60,436 nt of DNA from an uncultured Bacilli bacterium (GCA_910576985.1 CAJTLA010000001.1:1-60436), one strand, 5' to 3'. Positions 18,901-26,576 are shown, counted from the first letter of the stretch. The notes: generated by a model from the sequence alone, not told the origin. Made by a program: numbers and translations.

Positions 18901-19304
18901 AATCGATGTTCAATATAATTATCACAATATAAATATGTGATCCATAGCATAAAGTCATGTAAATTTTTTAATGATAATAATGATTCTTGTTTTTTTATTT
19001 TTGTATTGCTATGAACTGCTTGATTACCAAGTTTTTGAATATAAATTATTTTTTTCAATAAATTAGTATCTATAATATTTTTAAAATTTCTATCATGAAT
19101 TAAAGTAGCTAAAGTTTGTTGATAAGGTATTTTTAAATCTCCATCTACACCGTATACCCATTTAATCCCTAACTCTAAAGCTTTTCTAGACATAATAGCA
19201 CTAGTTGTTGCTGTTATAGTTAAACTTCTTTCAGCCTCAATACAAGCATTTTTAATATCAATCAATCTGCTATCACTTATAAAATCAAAATTTGACATCA
19301 TCAA
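15948..19304 (-). CDS. hsdR: Type I restriction enzyme R subunit
   Basis: 1118 aa. It has an N-terminal DUF4145-like region and a PD-(D/E)XK nuclease region (VDYVL...VEAKR). Helicase motifs are MATGTGKT and IIVDEAH. The C-terminus is EcoEI-R-like. Confidence 0.93.
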   Translation of the reverse strand: MMMSNFDFISDSRLIDIKNACIEAERSLTITATTSAIMSRKALELGIKWVYGVDGDLKIPYQQTLATLIHDRNFKNIIDTNLLKKIIYIQKLGNQAVHSNTKIKKQESLLSLKNLHDFMLWITYLYCDNYIEHRFNESIVSDPVNNKALEKEKLELLERLEANEKTIEQLQKEFESLRNETSKIRKQRESSIPFDIKDISEFKTRKQYIDLDLEIAGWEINKNMVEELPVTGMPNVSGDGFVDYVLMGANGKPVALVEAKRTSKDARVGQQQAKIYADCLENKYGQRPVIFFTNGFDIYMWDDCNYPYRKVSGYYTQEQLQLLIDRRTLKKDLKNISIDDTITNRTYQQEAIKAFCDDLNNHQRKGLLVMATGTGKTRTAVSIVDVLTNSNWVKNVLFLADRAELVKQAKKSFNKLIPSLSTINLTFEKENAENARMVFSTYQTMMNAIDDIKTKDDKKLFTVGHFDLIIVDEAHRSIYKKYQAIFEYFDGLLLGLTATPRSDIDKNTYKIFELQDNVPTYSYEYEEAVANGFLVDYHTIECSTGFIRDGIKYDELSDKDKEEFEDTFAEDEEIVDSVKASDINSWLFNNDTIDKILTVMMEKGLKVESNDKLGKTIIFAKNHKHAEVIEKRFNILFPQYNGHFARVIDIHTNYYSSLIEDFSDCTKMPQIAISVDMLDTGIDIPEIVNLVFFKEVKSKVKFLQMIGRGTRLCPDLFGWGKDKKEFYIFDACQNFEFFDQNPKGKECTIGMSLSQFIFELKVDILRELQKVDYLNDNEYLWYKNILLEQLVDTISSLNTLKFDVKQKMQYVEKYKDIVNWNNLTDLAVKEIKDNLTSLIMSNDNDETAKQFDRLMLSIELSKMLNMRYEREKSRLSHIGEGLIGLMNIPQVANKKDDVQKLLKEDYINKADIFEIDRIRDSLRELIKYLPKRIRKAVYTDFSDDINIVEHDDRKIEQQDLSDYKKKINFYLKNHMDNEIINKIRNNERISSKEINKLQEILFADLNSNEAEYKINYNDESLVLLVRKTVGLSKEAIDREFSKFENDNELNVEQTRFLNLIKNYIMKNGVIDKRILNEDPFTNYGSILELFDGQMNIIQIIIAIIDLINGNGCYKQQKI

Positions 19305-19386
19305 CCAACTCCAAATTTAATAATCTCAACATAATTTTACCATAAATTCGACAATTTACCTATAATTTCCAGCATTTTCGCACTTA

Positions 19387-19411
19387 CAAATTTCTGTTTA
19401 TCGATTTGTTC
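19387..19411. repeat. hsdS distal conserved-region repeat, copy 2 (exact 25 nt)
   Basis: caaatttctgtttatcgatttgttc is identical to 20855-20879, in direct orientation. Confidence 0.9.
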
Positions 19412-19682
19412 TACTATTTTAGCAAACTTATTTTGTAGTTCAATTGGTGGTAATATTATAATTAGTCTATTTAACATTTGTTGATTAATATTATTAATAT
19501 TTTCACCTCTATTATCCTTCTTTTTCTTTACTTCCGTTTGATCTAACAAAAACTATATCATTGTTTTGTAAGTAATAATTCGGATTAATTTTATCATTTA
19601 AAACAATTTTATCTAGCTGTTCCATTTTAAATATTATCTTTCCATTTTTAAAGTTTCCTATATTTCCTAAATTATCAGTTTC

Positions 19683-19737
19683 CCACTTTTTATCATTTGT
19701 AACTGGATCACCAAACATCTCGACAAACTGAGATTTT
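19683..19737. repeat. hsdS central conserved-region repeat, copy in the silent cassette
   Basis: 55 nt, matching 21348-21402 at 52/55 positions, in direct orientation. It includes an exact 27-mer, ccaaacatctcgacaaactgagatttt. Confidence 0.9.
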
Positions 19738-19745
19738 GAAATGTA

Positions 19746-20736
19746 CTAGCAAATATATTTATGATGAGATAATTTAACATTATTTTGATTAACTATAGTA
19801 TATTGTAATGTAGTATCTATTTTGGCATGACCTAATAATCTCTGTGCTTGTTCTATTGGCATTCCCTTATCAATTGCTTTTGTTGCCATAGTTCTTCTAA
19901 ACTTATGAGGATGCACCCTTTGTAGCTCTAAATCTCTTCCTAATTTTCTTAATCTTATTTCTCCCCCACTAATTTCTAGTCTGTCATAGGGTGAGAGCAA
20001 GCTAACAAATAAAGCTAGATTATCATCATTTCTCATTGATAAATATTTCTCTAAATGTAATTTAGTCCTTGCGTCAAAATAAATTTCTCTTTCCTTACTA
20101 CCTTTACCAAATACAATACATAATCTATCTTCAAAACTAATATCATTTTTATTTAATTTAACTAATTCACCTACTCTCACTCCTGTAGAAGTTAAAAAAT
20201 CTATCAATGCTAAGTCTCTTATTTCCTCACAACTATCTCTTAACTTTTCTATTGTTTCATCTGAATATGTCTCTCGCACTACTTTGGTTGTTTTAATTTT
20301 ATGTATTCTTCTAATCGGACTTTTTATAATATAATCTTCATCTTCAAGCCAAGAAAAGAAGCTAGAAAATATTCTTCTAACATTATCTATAGTTACTTTA
20401 CTACAATTATTTTTTTCCTGATATGATGTTAAATAACCCCTTAAATCATCAGTATCTACAGTTTTAATTTCTTTCTTTATTTGTTCTAACATGTTATCTA
20501 TTGTTGTCTTATAATAATTTAATGTCCTTTTCTGAGCAACCTTCTACTTTTTTTGATGAAATAAATAGTTCTGCATAATCTACATCATCCTTTTTATTCT
20601 TTTCCACTTCAATTACATCATATTTATATAAATTATATTCTAAAATTTCATTTAGTTTTTCTAATTGATAGTTATTTAAATATGAGTTCATTTCAGAATT
20701 AATTGTTCTAATTAAACTATTCTTCATATATACCAA
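19746..20736 (-). pseudogene. Tyrosine site-specific recombinase (phage-integrase/Xer-like) inside the hsd locus, split by a 1-nt frameshift
   Basis: The upstream ORF (20509-20736) ends ...KKVEGCSEKDIKLL*. Shifting one base near 20512-20527 reads CSEKTLNYYKTTIDNMLEQ..., which continues into ORF 19746-20492. That ORF has the catalytic HPHKFRRT and LLGHAKIDTTLQY motifs. Confidence 0.8.
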
Positions 20737-20786
20737 TCCCCATTTTTAGAACGGCATATATTATAACATAGAAAAAAAAGAGCGTT

Positions 20787-21926
20787 TTAATCAAAATACT
20801 CCTGCATCAATGATGACTTCATTTCTTCTAATTTTTTTAAGCTCTTTTCAAATTCAAATTTCTGTTTATCGATTTGTTCAAAGATTTCACCAAAACGAAT
20901 TTGAAGATCTAATGGTGGAAAAATAAACTCTAAATTACCTAATTGATTTTTACTAAGTATTCCCTTCAGAGACATATTTACTGGTGTATGAAGATATTTT
21001 TTAGACAAAACAAATTGCTCATACATAAAATAAACATTATTACTCTTTGGATTAATTCCATTTATTTGTTGATTAAAGGATACTTTACGATTTGTTATAC
21101 CTACATTTCCTATGGAATTTAAACTTCCTGCAATGCATGTCATTAATATGCAACCACTGTCTAAATATCGGCCTACCCTTAAGCCTTCAAAAGATAATGA
21201 TTCTTTTGCCTTTGTTAGATATGTATAATCATTTAATATATTGTCAGATTTTATCCATTCAATATCGTCTCCATAATATGAACCAACTTTTCTTGAAGGA
21301 GTATTTCCTGTTGTAATTTCACATTCATCAAATAATCTTCTTTTTTTCCACTTTTTATCATTTGTGATTGGATCTCCAAACATCTCGACAAACTGAGATT
21401 TTATAATATTATTACAACAAATTATTTGTTTTTTTCTTATATCTATATTATTATAAACTTTATCAAAAACCTTAATTATTTTATATTGGATCTCTAATGA
21501 TGGTATTTCTAAATTATATTCTTTTAACCACTCAGTGCTCATATTCAATTGTGCTATCCCTTGCGATGAATTTATACAATCAAATTCAAATTTTTTAGAA
21601 TTTAAAATATAATATAAAAATTTAGGTATTACTTTTTCCTTATTCACTCGTAAACAACATACTCGTTGATTTAAATATGCAGGTAAAAATTCTTTTGTAA
21701 CCAATGCACATCTTCCAACATTTCCTGTTAGAGAAATTAACAAGTCATTTTCTTGTAATTCATATTTTTCTAATTGACTATCAAATTCATAAAATACAGG
21801 TTTTTCATCTTCTATAAAACCAGATTGAACATTTGTTATTCTAATTACTCTATGTCCATCATTTACATATTTTGAACTTTTAAAGGCATATCCATTTAAT
21901 ACATTTGAAATTTCTTTAATTTTCAT
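20787..21926 (-). CDS. hsdS: Type I R-M specificity subunit, full length (two TRDs)
   Basis: 379 aa. TRD1 is followed by the central region KSQFVEMFGDPITNDKKW, then TRD2, then the distal region FPPLDLQIRFGEIFEQIDKQKF and a coiled-coil tail. Confidence 0.9.
   Translation of the reverse strand: MKIKEISNVLNGYAFKSSKYVNDGHRVIRITNVQSGFIEDEKPVFYEFDSQLEKYELQENDLLISLTGNVGRCALVTKEFLPAYLNQRVCCLRVNKEKVIPKFLYYILNSKKFEFDCINSSQGIAQLNMSTEWLKEYNLEIPSLEIQYKIIKVFDKVYNNIDIRKKQIICCNNIIKSQFVEMFGDPITNDKKWKKRRLFDECEITTGNTPSRKVGSYYGDDIEWIKSDNILNDYTYLTKAKESLSFEGLRVGRYLDSGCILMTCIAGSLNSIGNVGITNRKVSFNQQINGINPKSNNVYFMYEQFVLSKKYLHTPVNMSLKGILSKNQLGNLEFIFPPLDLQIRFGEIFEQIDKQKFEFEKSLKKLEEMKSSLMQEYFD
20855..20879. repeat. hsdS distal conserved-region repeat, copy 1
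   Basis: Exact 25-nt match to 19387-19411. Confidence 0.9.
21348..21402. repeat. hsdS central conserved-region repeat, copy in the full-length hsdS
   Basis: 55 nt, 52/55 identical to 19683-19737, in direct orientation. Confidence 0.9.
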
Positions 21927-22468
21927 AGATACATCTCCTTAACAAACTGAGATTTGACTAGCTGTTCCAATTTACCTATCTGATTACTTTTTATGTTAAT
22001 TAGATTGTCTATCATTGTTAATCTCTCTATTATTTTTTCTTGTTCGCTTATAGTTGGTATATACTTTATTATTATTTTACTCAATCCTTCATTATTTAGT
22101 GCTTTCTGTGTGGCTCCTGAACATAATCTATTTTTTTTCGAATTAAATGATTCTGAGTTTAAATAATAATACAAATATTTTTGCATAACATTGTTATTAG
22201 GCGTTAAAACATAAAATCCTGTAGAATATATATTATTTATATTATCATTATTAGCACACAAAGTTTTAATAGTATCTTTCATCTTTGTAAATAAAACATC
22301 GCTATCATCAATCTGAACATTTGCTCTTGAGGGCTTGTCTTTATAAGATACACTTTCAAAATTTATTATTTCGTTATTTATAACCTCTCCCGTTGCAACA
22401 TATTTCTTCAATCTCTGATATTTCTTTACGGATTTCCCACCAACTTTGCAAATATCTAATAGTTTCAT
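21923..22468 (-). CDS. hsdS: Half-size Type I specificity subunit (single TRD plus conserved helix)
   Basis: 181 aa. The ATG immediately follows the hsdM TAG. The TRD ends in ...IGKLEQLVKSQFVKEMYL*, exactly at the central conserved region. An ATGA overlap links it to the full-length hsdS. Confidence 0.75.
   Translation of the reverse strand: MKLLDICKVGGKSVKKYQRLKKYVATGEVINNEIINFESVSYKDKPSRANVQIDDSDVLFTKMKDTIKTLCANNDNINNIYSTGFYVLTPNNNVMQKYLYYYLNSESFNSKKNRLCSGATQKALNNEGLSKIIIKYIPTISEQEKIIERLTMIDNLINIKSNQIGKLEQLVKSQFVKEMYL
21931..21954. repeat. Partial third copy of the central hsdS repeat, at the 3' end of the half-size hsdS
   Basis: catctc..acaaactgagattt shares an exact 14-mer (acaaactgagattt) with the other two copies. 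It encodes SQFVKEM. Confidence 0.7.
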
Positions 22469-23917
22469 CTATAGCAACTCCTCTAGCTCTTTAAGTTGTT
22501 TTTGAAATTCTTCTTCCATATCCATAATTTGTTTTAATATTACTTTAGGATCTTCGTATTTTATTTTTTCTTGAATAATTTCTTTATATTTATTAATTGA
22601 TAAATCATAATCATTTTTGATTATTTCTTCTTTTGGAACAAAGAAAGATTTGTCTGTTCTCTGTCTATTTTCTTCAGAAGATAGATTATTATACCTTTTT
22701 ATAATATCTGGAATATCATTTTCTTGTGTTGGAGTTCTTTTAGCATCTAAACTGAAACCATCGGCTGTCATATCATAAAACCATACTTTATCTGTACCTC
22801 CAGTAGTTGTTTTAGTAAATATCATTACTGCTGTAGACACTCCTGCATATGGTTGAAATACTCCACTAGGCATAGAAATTATAGCTTCTAGTTTATTATT
22901 CTCTACTATTTCTTTTCTAATTGATTTATGTGCATTACTACTTCCAAACAATACACCATCAGGTACTATACAAGCACATCTGCCGCCTATTTTTAGACTT
23001 CTTAAAAATAATGCTAAAAATAATAATTCTGTTTTCTTAGTATTACAAATTTTTGATAAAGATGGAGATATTGTTGTTTCATCAATAGAACCTTTAAATG
23101 GAGGATTAGCTAATATTAATGAATACTTATCAGTATCTGTATTTTCTCCTGAGGCAGAATCTTTATATTCGATATTAGGATTATCGATTCCATGCATTAT
23201 CATATTCATTGCACTAATACTTAACATAGTATCATCAGTATCAAAACCATAAAACATTTCATTATTAAAATGATATTTTGTACTTTCACTATTAAATATA
23301 TCTGGGTAATTTTTTCTTAAATATTCACTTGATTCAAGTAGGAATCCACCTGTACCACATGCTGGATCACAAATTGTATCGATTGGAGTTGGTTTAACTA
23401 ATTCAACCATCATTTTAATAATGTGTCTAGGAGTTCTAAATTGACCATTTCTTCCTGCTGTTGCAAGTTTAGAAAGTAAATATTCGTAAATATCTCCTTT
23501 CGTATCTCTATCTTTCATTGGAATAGAGTCTAATTTGGTTACAACCTTTTCTAATACTAAGGCACTTGGAACCATAAATATTGATTTTTCCATATATTTT
23601 GAGAAAGATGAATCCTTTCCAGCTTTTAAATTTTTAATAAATGGAAAAATTTTAGTAGTCATTAGGTTAAACATTGCATCTGCTGATAAATTTTTAAATT
23701 TACTCCATCTACAGTTTTGGTGTTCTTCATCAAATATTCTATTAAATTTAACTCCTAATAATTGCTCTGTTTGCTCATTATTAGTTTCCACTTCGTCTAA
23801 TCCTTTTATAAACAACAAATATGTCATTTGCTTAATTACAGATAATGGATCTGTCATGCCACCATTTGCAAAATCTAGCCATATTGAATCGATTTTATTT
23901 TGAATAGCTTTTTCCAT
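22469..23917 (-). CDS. hsdM: Type I R-M N6-adenine DNA methyltransferase subunit
   Basis: Contains an HsdM N-terminal domain, motif I DPACGTGGFL and motif IV LANPPF. Confidence 0.95.
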   Translation of the reverse strand: MEKAIQNKIDSIWLDFANGGMTDPLSVIKQMTYLLFIKGLDEVETNNEQTEQLLGVKFNRIFDEEHQNCRWSKFKNLSADAMFNLMTTKIFPFIKNLKAGKDSSFSKYMEKSIFMVPSALVLEKVVTKLDSIPMKDRDTKGDIYEYLLSKLATAGRNGQFRTPRHIIKMMVELVKPTPIDTICDPACGTGGFLLESSEYLRKNYPDIFNSESTKYHFNNEMFYGFDTDDTMLSISAMNMIMHGIDNPNIEYKDSASGENTDTDKYSLILANPPFKGSIDETTISPSLSKICNTKKTELLFLALFLRSLKIGGRCACIVPDGVLFGSSNAHKSIRKEIVENNKLEAIISMPSGVFQPYAGVSTAVMIFTKTTTGGTDKVWFYDMTADGFSLDAKRTPTQENDIPDIIKRYNNLSSEENRQRTDKSFFVPKEEIIKNDYDLSINKYKEIIQEKIKYEDPKVILKQIMDMEEEFQKQLKELEELL

Positions 23918-23945
23918 GTTTAATTACCTCCTACACTTAATCTTT

Positions 23946-24377
23946 TTAATTCAAGTCATTTCTAAAGTATTTTGAATTTTCTTTAAACAACAAATAATTT
24001 ATATTGTAACCAAGTTCTTTTAAATATTTAATCATAAATATTACTGTTGTTCTAGTATTACCCTCCATAAAAGGATGCACTTGCCAAATACAAAAAGTAA
24101 AATTAGATACACTTATTATTTGATCTGATGCACTTAACTTTTTATAATCTTCTTGTCTTTCATCAGAAAAATCATAAATAAGATAGTCTTTAACCCTATT
24201 ATAATCACAATATACTACCGTATCACCATTCAATATTGCTTCATTTTTTGAGATATTAACTTCCCTAAACTTGCCAGCAAACTCATAGACATCTTTAAAT
24301 AAAAAGTAATGAACATATTTATAAAAATCTATCGTTAAATAAAACATATCCTTTTGTAATATTTGCATAATTCTCAA
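23946..24377 (-). pseudogene. Fic/DOC-family protein, N-terminally truncated, with a non-canonical active-site motif
   Basis: Contains FLFKDVYEFAGKFREVNISK and HPFMEGNTRTTV, versus the canonical HxFx(D/E)GNGRxxR. There is no ATG: the frame opens only about 20 codons upstream, after a stop. The best available start is a TTG. Confidence 0.6.
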
Positions 24378-24415
24378 TGATACAAAATCACATTCATGTC
24401 TATTATAGCTATTGT

Positions 24416-24550
24416 TTAGATCATCATATATTTCTTTAGTTTACTTTCTAATTCATCAAATGATATTTCGTTCTTAATATTTAATTTCACTAATTCTTTC
24501 AGATATTCAGAAGGTGTTAAATTATCAACTTGCTGTAGTCCAATTGCCAT
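24416..24550 (-). CDS. Possible VbhA-like Fic antitoxin mini-ORF (44 aa), fused in frame behind AbiEii debris
   Basis: MAIGLQQVDNLTPSEYLKELVKLNIKNEISFDELESKLKKY resembles the VbhA-type pattern (LEGLxPSxE...GEISxDE). The inhibitory (S/T)xxxE(G/N) motif is not intact. Confidence 0.35.
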   Translation of the reverse strand: MAIGLQQVDNLTPSEYLKELVKLNIKNEISFDELESKLKKYMMI

Positions 24551-24977
24551 TTTCCATCTACTATTATACTTTCCACGTCTTAAAACAGTTGATAATATAG
24601 TTTCAATATTATAGCTATTGATTAAAATACTTCTATCTTCAAATAATAATGGATATTTAAATTTCAATTCTTTTGATGTTACTTTATCATCAATAAATAT
24701 ATCAATTTCTAGATTTACTTTAGTGCTATTTATTCTGCCAGTAATATGATATTTATTACCATCATATTCATCTTCTTCTCTTATATCAGTAATACTTACA
24801 ATATCAAATTTAACTCCATCATTACAGCAAGTAATAATCCCCCTTTAATATAAAATTATCTTGATATTTTGAAACAGATATTCTTTCAAACATAAATCTT
24901 TGTAATGATTCATAATAATTTAAATTATATTTATCTTCAAGCTCTTTAGCTTTTAATTTAATTTTTCCTTCTACCAT
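24551..24977 (-). pseudogene. AbiEii/AbiGii-family nucleotidyltransferase toxin, inactivated
   Basis: It starts at an ATG overlapping the AbiEi stop: MVEGKIKLKAKELEDKYNLNYYESLQRFMFERISVSKYQDNFILKG. The frame then breaks at a C5/G5 run (24839-24843). The segment that should carry the catalytic DxD is missing. The frame resumes as DGVKFDIVSITDIREEDEYDGNKY...YNIETILSTVLRRGKYNSRWK. Confidence 0.75.
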
Positions 24978-25558
24978 TTCATCATTACCTCCACAATTGT
25001 ATTAACTTTTTCATATATATTAAATATTTCTGCATATTCTAATAATTTATCAAGATCTTTATCTTTACTATGAAAATAATAATCTAATACTCTATTTTGA
25101 AGTTCTAAATCAAATTCTCCTTCAGTTCTTAACATGTCACAAATACATCTTTCTGCATTATATATTTTTACTGGATTACCATTTGGGCTTAGAGTTTCGA
25201 TTATCCCGATATCATAATACTTGTCTGAAACATAATGAATATTATAATTCCCTCTAACCCTTTTATTTCTTGGTATCGTTATATCAATTTCAGATGGTGT
25301 CTTAGTAGTAAGATTTAAAATGTGTAATGCTGTATTATATGAAAATACCACTAAAGGATACTTCTTTTGTAAAATAAAATATTCATCCTTAAGAATCTTT
25401 GTATCCATATATAAACCATGACTAACTTTTTCTATAATACTTTTATCAATATAAAATTGAATTTGAGATTTATAAATATTAAGTCTTAGTAATTCTGCAG
25501 TAGTAATATAACCATGACTTGTTTCTAAAAATTCTACCAATCTTTTCTCGTTATTCAT
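24971..25558 (-). CDS. AbiEi-family type IV TA antitoxin / transcriptional regulator
   Basis: 195 aa: MNNEKRLVEFLETSHGYITTAELLRLNIYKSQIQFYIDKSIIEKVSHGLY (AbiEi wHTH) plus a C-terminal domain. An extended -10 TGtTATAAT lies on the minus strand at 25587-25595. Confidence 0.75.
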   Translation of the reverse strand: MNNEKRLVEFLETSHGYITTAELLRLNIYKSQIQFYIDKSIIEKVSHGLYMDTKILKDEYFILQKKYPLVVFSYNTALHILNLTTKTPSEIDITIPRNKRVRGNYNIHYVSDKYYDIGIIETLSPNGNPVKIYNAERCICDMLRTEGEFDLELQNRVLDYYFHSKDKDLDKLLEYAEIFNIYEKVNTIVEVMMKW

Positions 25559-25710
25559 AAAATCGCCTATTTACTTTTGTACACACATTATAACATTTTG
25601 CCGAACAAAAATAAATACGGATTTATCAATTTGTCAAAAAATATTTTTTATTTGTGATATTTATTAGATACTAATAAAATTAAAACTTCATTTTTAAGAA
25701 TAAATTTCAC

Positions 25711-25743
25711 AAAAAAACTCTATTTCAAAAACTAAACAGAGTT
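25711..25743 (-). terminator. Weak candidate terminator after the HD-GYP gene
   Basis: The minus strand has aactct-(16 nt)-agagtt followed by T7. The stem is only 6 bp. Confidence 0.3.
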
Positions 25744-25772
25744 ATTCAAATTTATATTCCAAAAATTATTTA

Positions 25773-26576
25773 TCAGTTTTCATAACCTCTTTGTATTTCA
25801 ATAAACTTGTGTACTAATTCTGGATCATATAATGTTCCTTTGCCACCCTCTTCTTTTTTCTGTGTACATAAAAGCAGTTCTTTGAATGCTTCTTCTTTTT
25901 TTTCTGCATTGTGGTAAATTCTATTTGAAGTAATGGCATCATAGCTATCCGCTATTCCAATGATTTGGGCCCCAATACTTGGAGTGATTCCCATATAGTA
26001 ACCACTTTCATCTAGTCTTTCATGATGAGATTCGATCATTTCAATAATTTCCTCATTTAAAAATTGATCAACAATTTGACGAGCAAAAATACAATGTTTT
26101 TGTATCATTTCAAATTCTTCGTCTGTTAGTTTTCCAGGTTTCCCTAGAACTTCTTCTGGAATCAAATATTTTCCAATATCATGGAATAATGCTGCTATAT
26201 AAATTCTTTTGATGTGTTCTTTTGAAAGTTTTATATGTTCTGCTAATTCACGTGCATATTTTGCAACTCTAAGTAAATGACCTAATTTTTGTTCTTCTAT
26301 CATTTCTATTTTAATATTGAGTTCTAAATAAGAAGAAAATTCATCTAAATATGCTTGTTGTTCTTTGCTTTTTTCAAAGTCAAATTGGTCTACTTCTTCT
26401 AATGTAATCATTGGAATTTCTAGCATTTCATATAAATATAACAATTCTTTATCTAGCATTTTTTTATCTTTTACAATTAAAGGACAACATAAGTGATAAA
26501 TATTTTCTTCTATATTATGACATTCTATTTTTAATTGCTCTATTTCTTTTTGATCTAATTTGTAATAACCTACCAT
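25773..26576 (-). CDS. HD-GYP-type phosphodiesterase (variant GYP motif); last gene of the operon
   Basis: Contains AALFHDIGKYLIPEEVLGKPGKLTDEEFEMIQKH and HHERLDESGYYMG (canonical HHExxDGxGYP). The N-terminal ~100 aa is an unassigned domain. Confidence 0.8.
   Translation of the reverse strand: MVGYYKLDQKEIEQLKIECHNIEENIYHLCCPLIVKDKKMLDKELLYLYEMLEIPMITLEEVDQFDFEKSKEQQAYLDEFSSYLELNIKIEMIEEQKLGHLLRVAKYARELAEHIKLSKEHIKRIYIAALFHDIGKYLIPEEVLGKPGKLTDEEFEMIQKHCIFARQIVDQFLNEEIIEMIESHHERLDESGYYMGITPSIGAQIIGIADSYDAITSNRIYHNAEKKEEAFKELLLCTQKKEEGGKGTLYDPELVHKFIEIQRGYEN

Larger units (their letters stand above)
19337..19745 (-). pseudogene. hsdS: Degraded hsdS target-recognition cassette (silent, truncated and frameshifted)
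   Basis: Two short frames are present: SQFVEMFGDPVTNDKKWETDNLGN...VFVRSNGSKEKEG* and ...LPPIELQNKFAKIVEQIDKQKF... They carry both conserved hsdS regions, but the TRD between them is too short and out of frame. Confidence 0.8.

Noticed and set aside
20505-20540. Programmed ribosomal or transcriptional frameshifting in the recombinase.
   Set aside because: There is no slippery heptamer and no homopolymer longer than 4 nt at the shift site, and no obvious downstream stimulatory structure. A mutation or a sequencing indel is more parsimonious.
19337-22468. A classical inverting hsdS shufflon (inverted repeats and an opposite-strand silent hsdS).
   Set aside because: All copies of both conserved repeats that I found are in direct orientation, and no hsdS-like ORF exists on the plus strand of the locus. 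Inversion-based switching is therefore not supported by this sequence.
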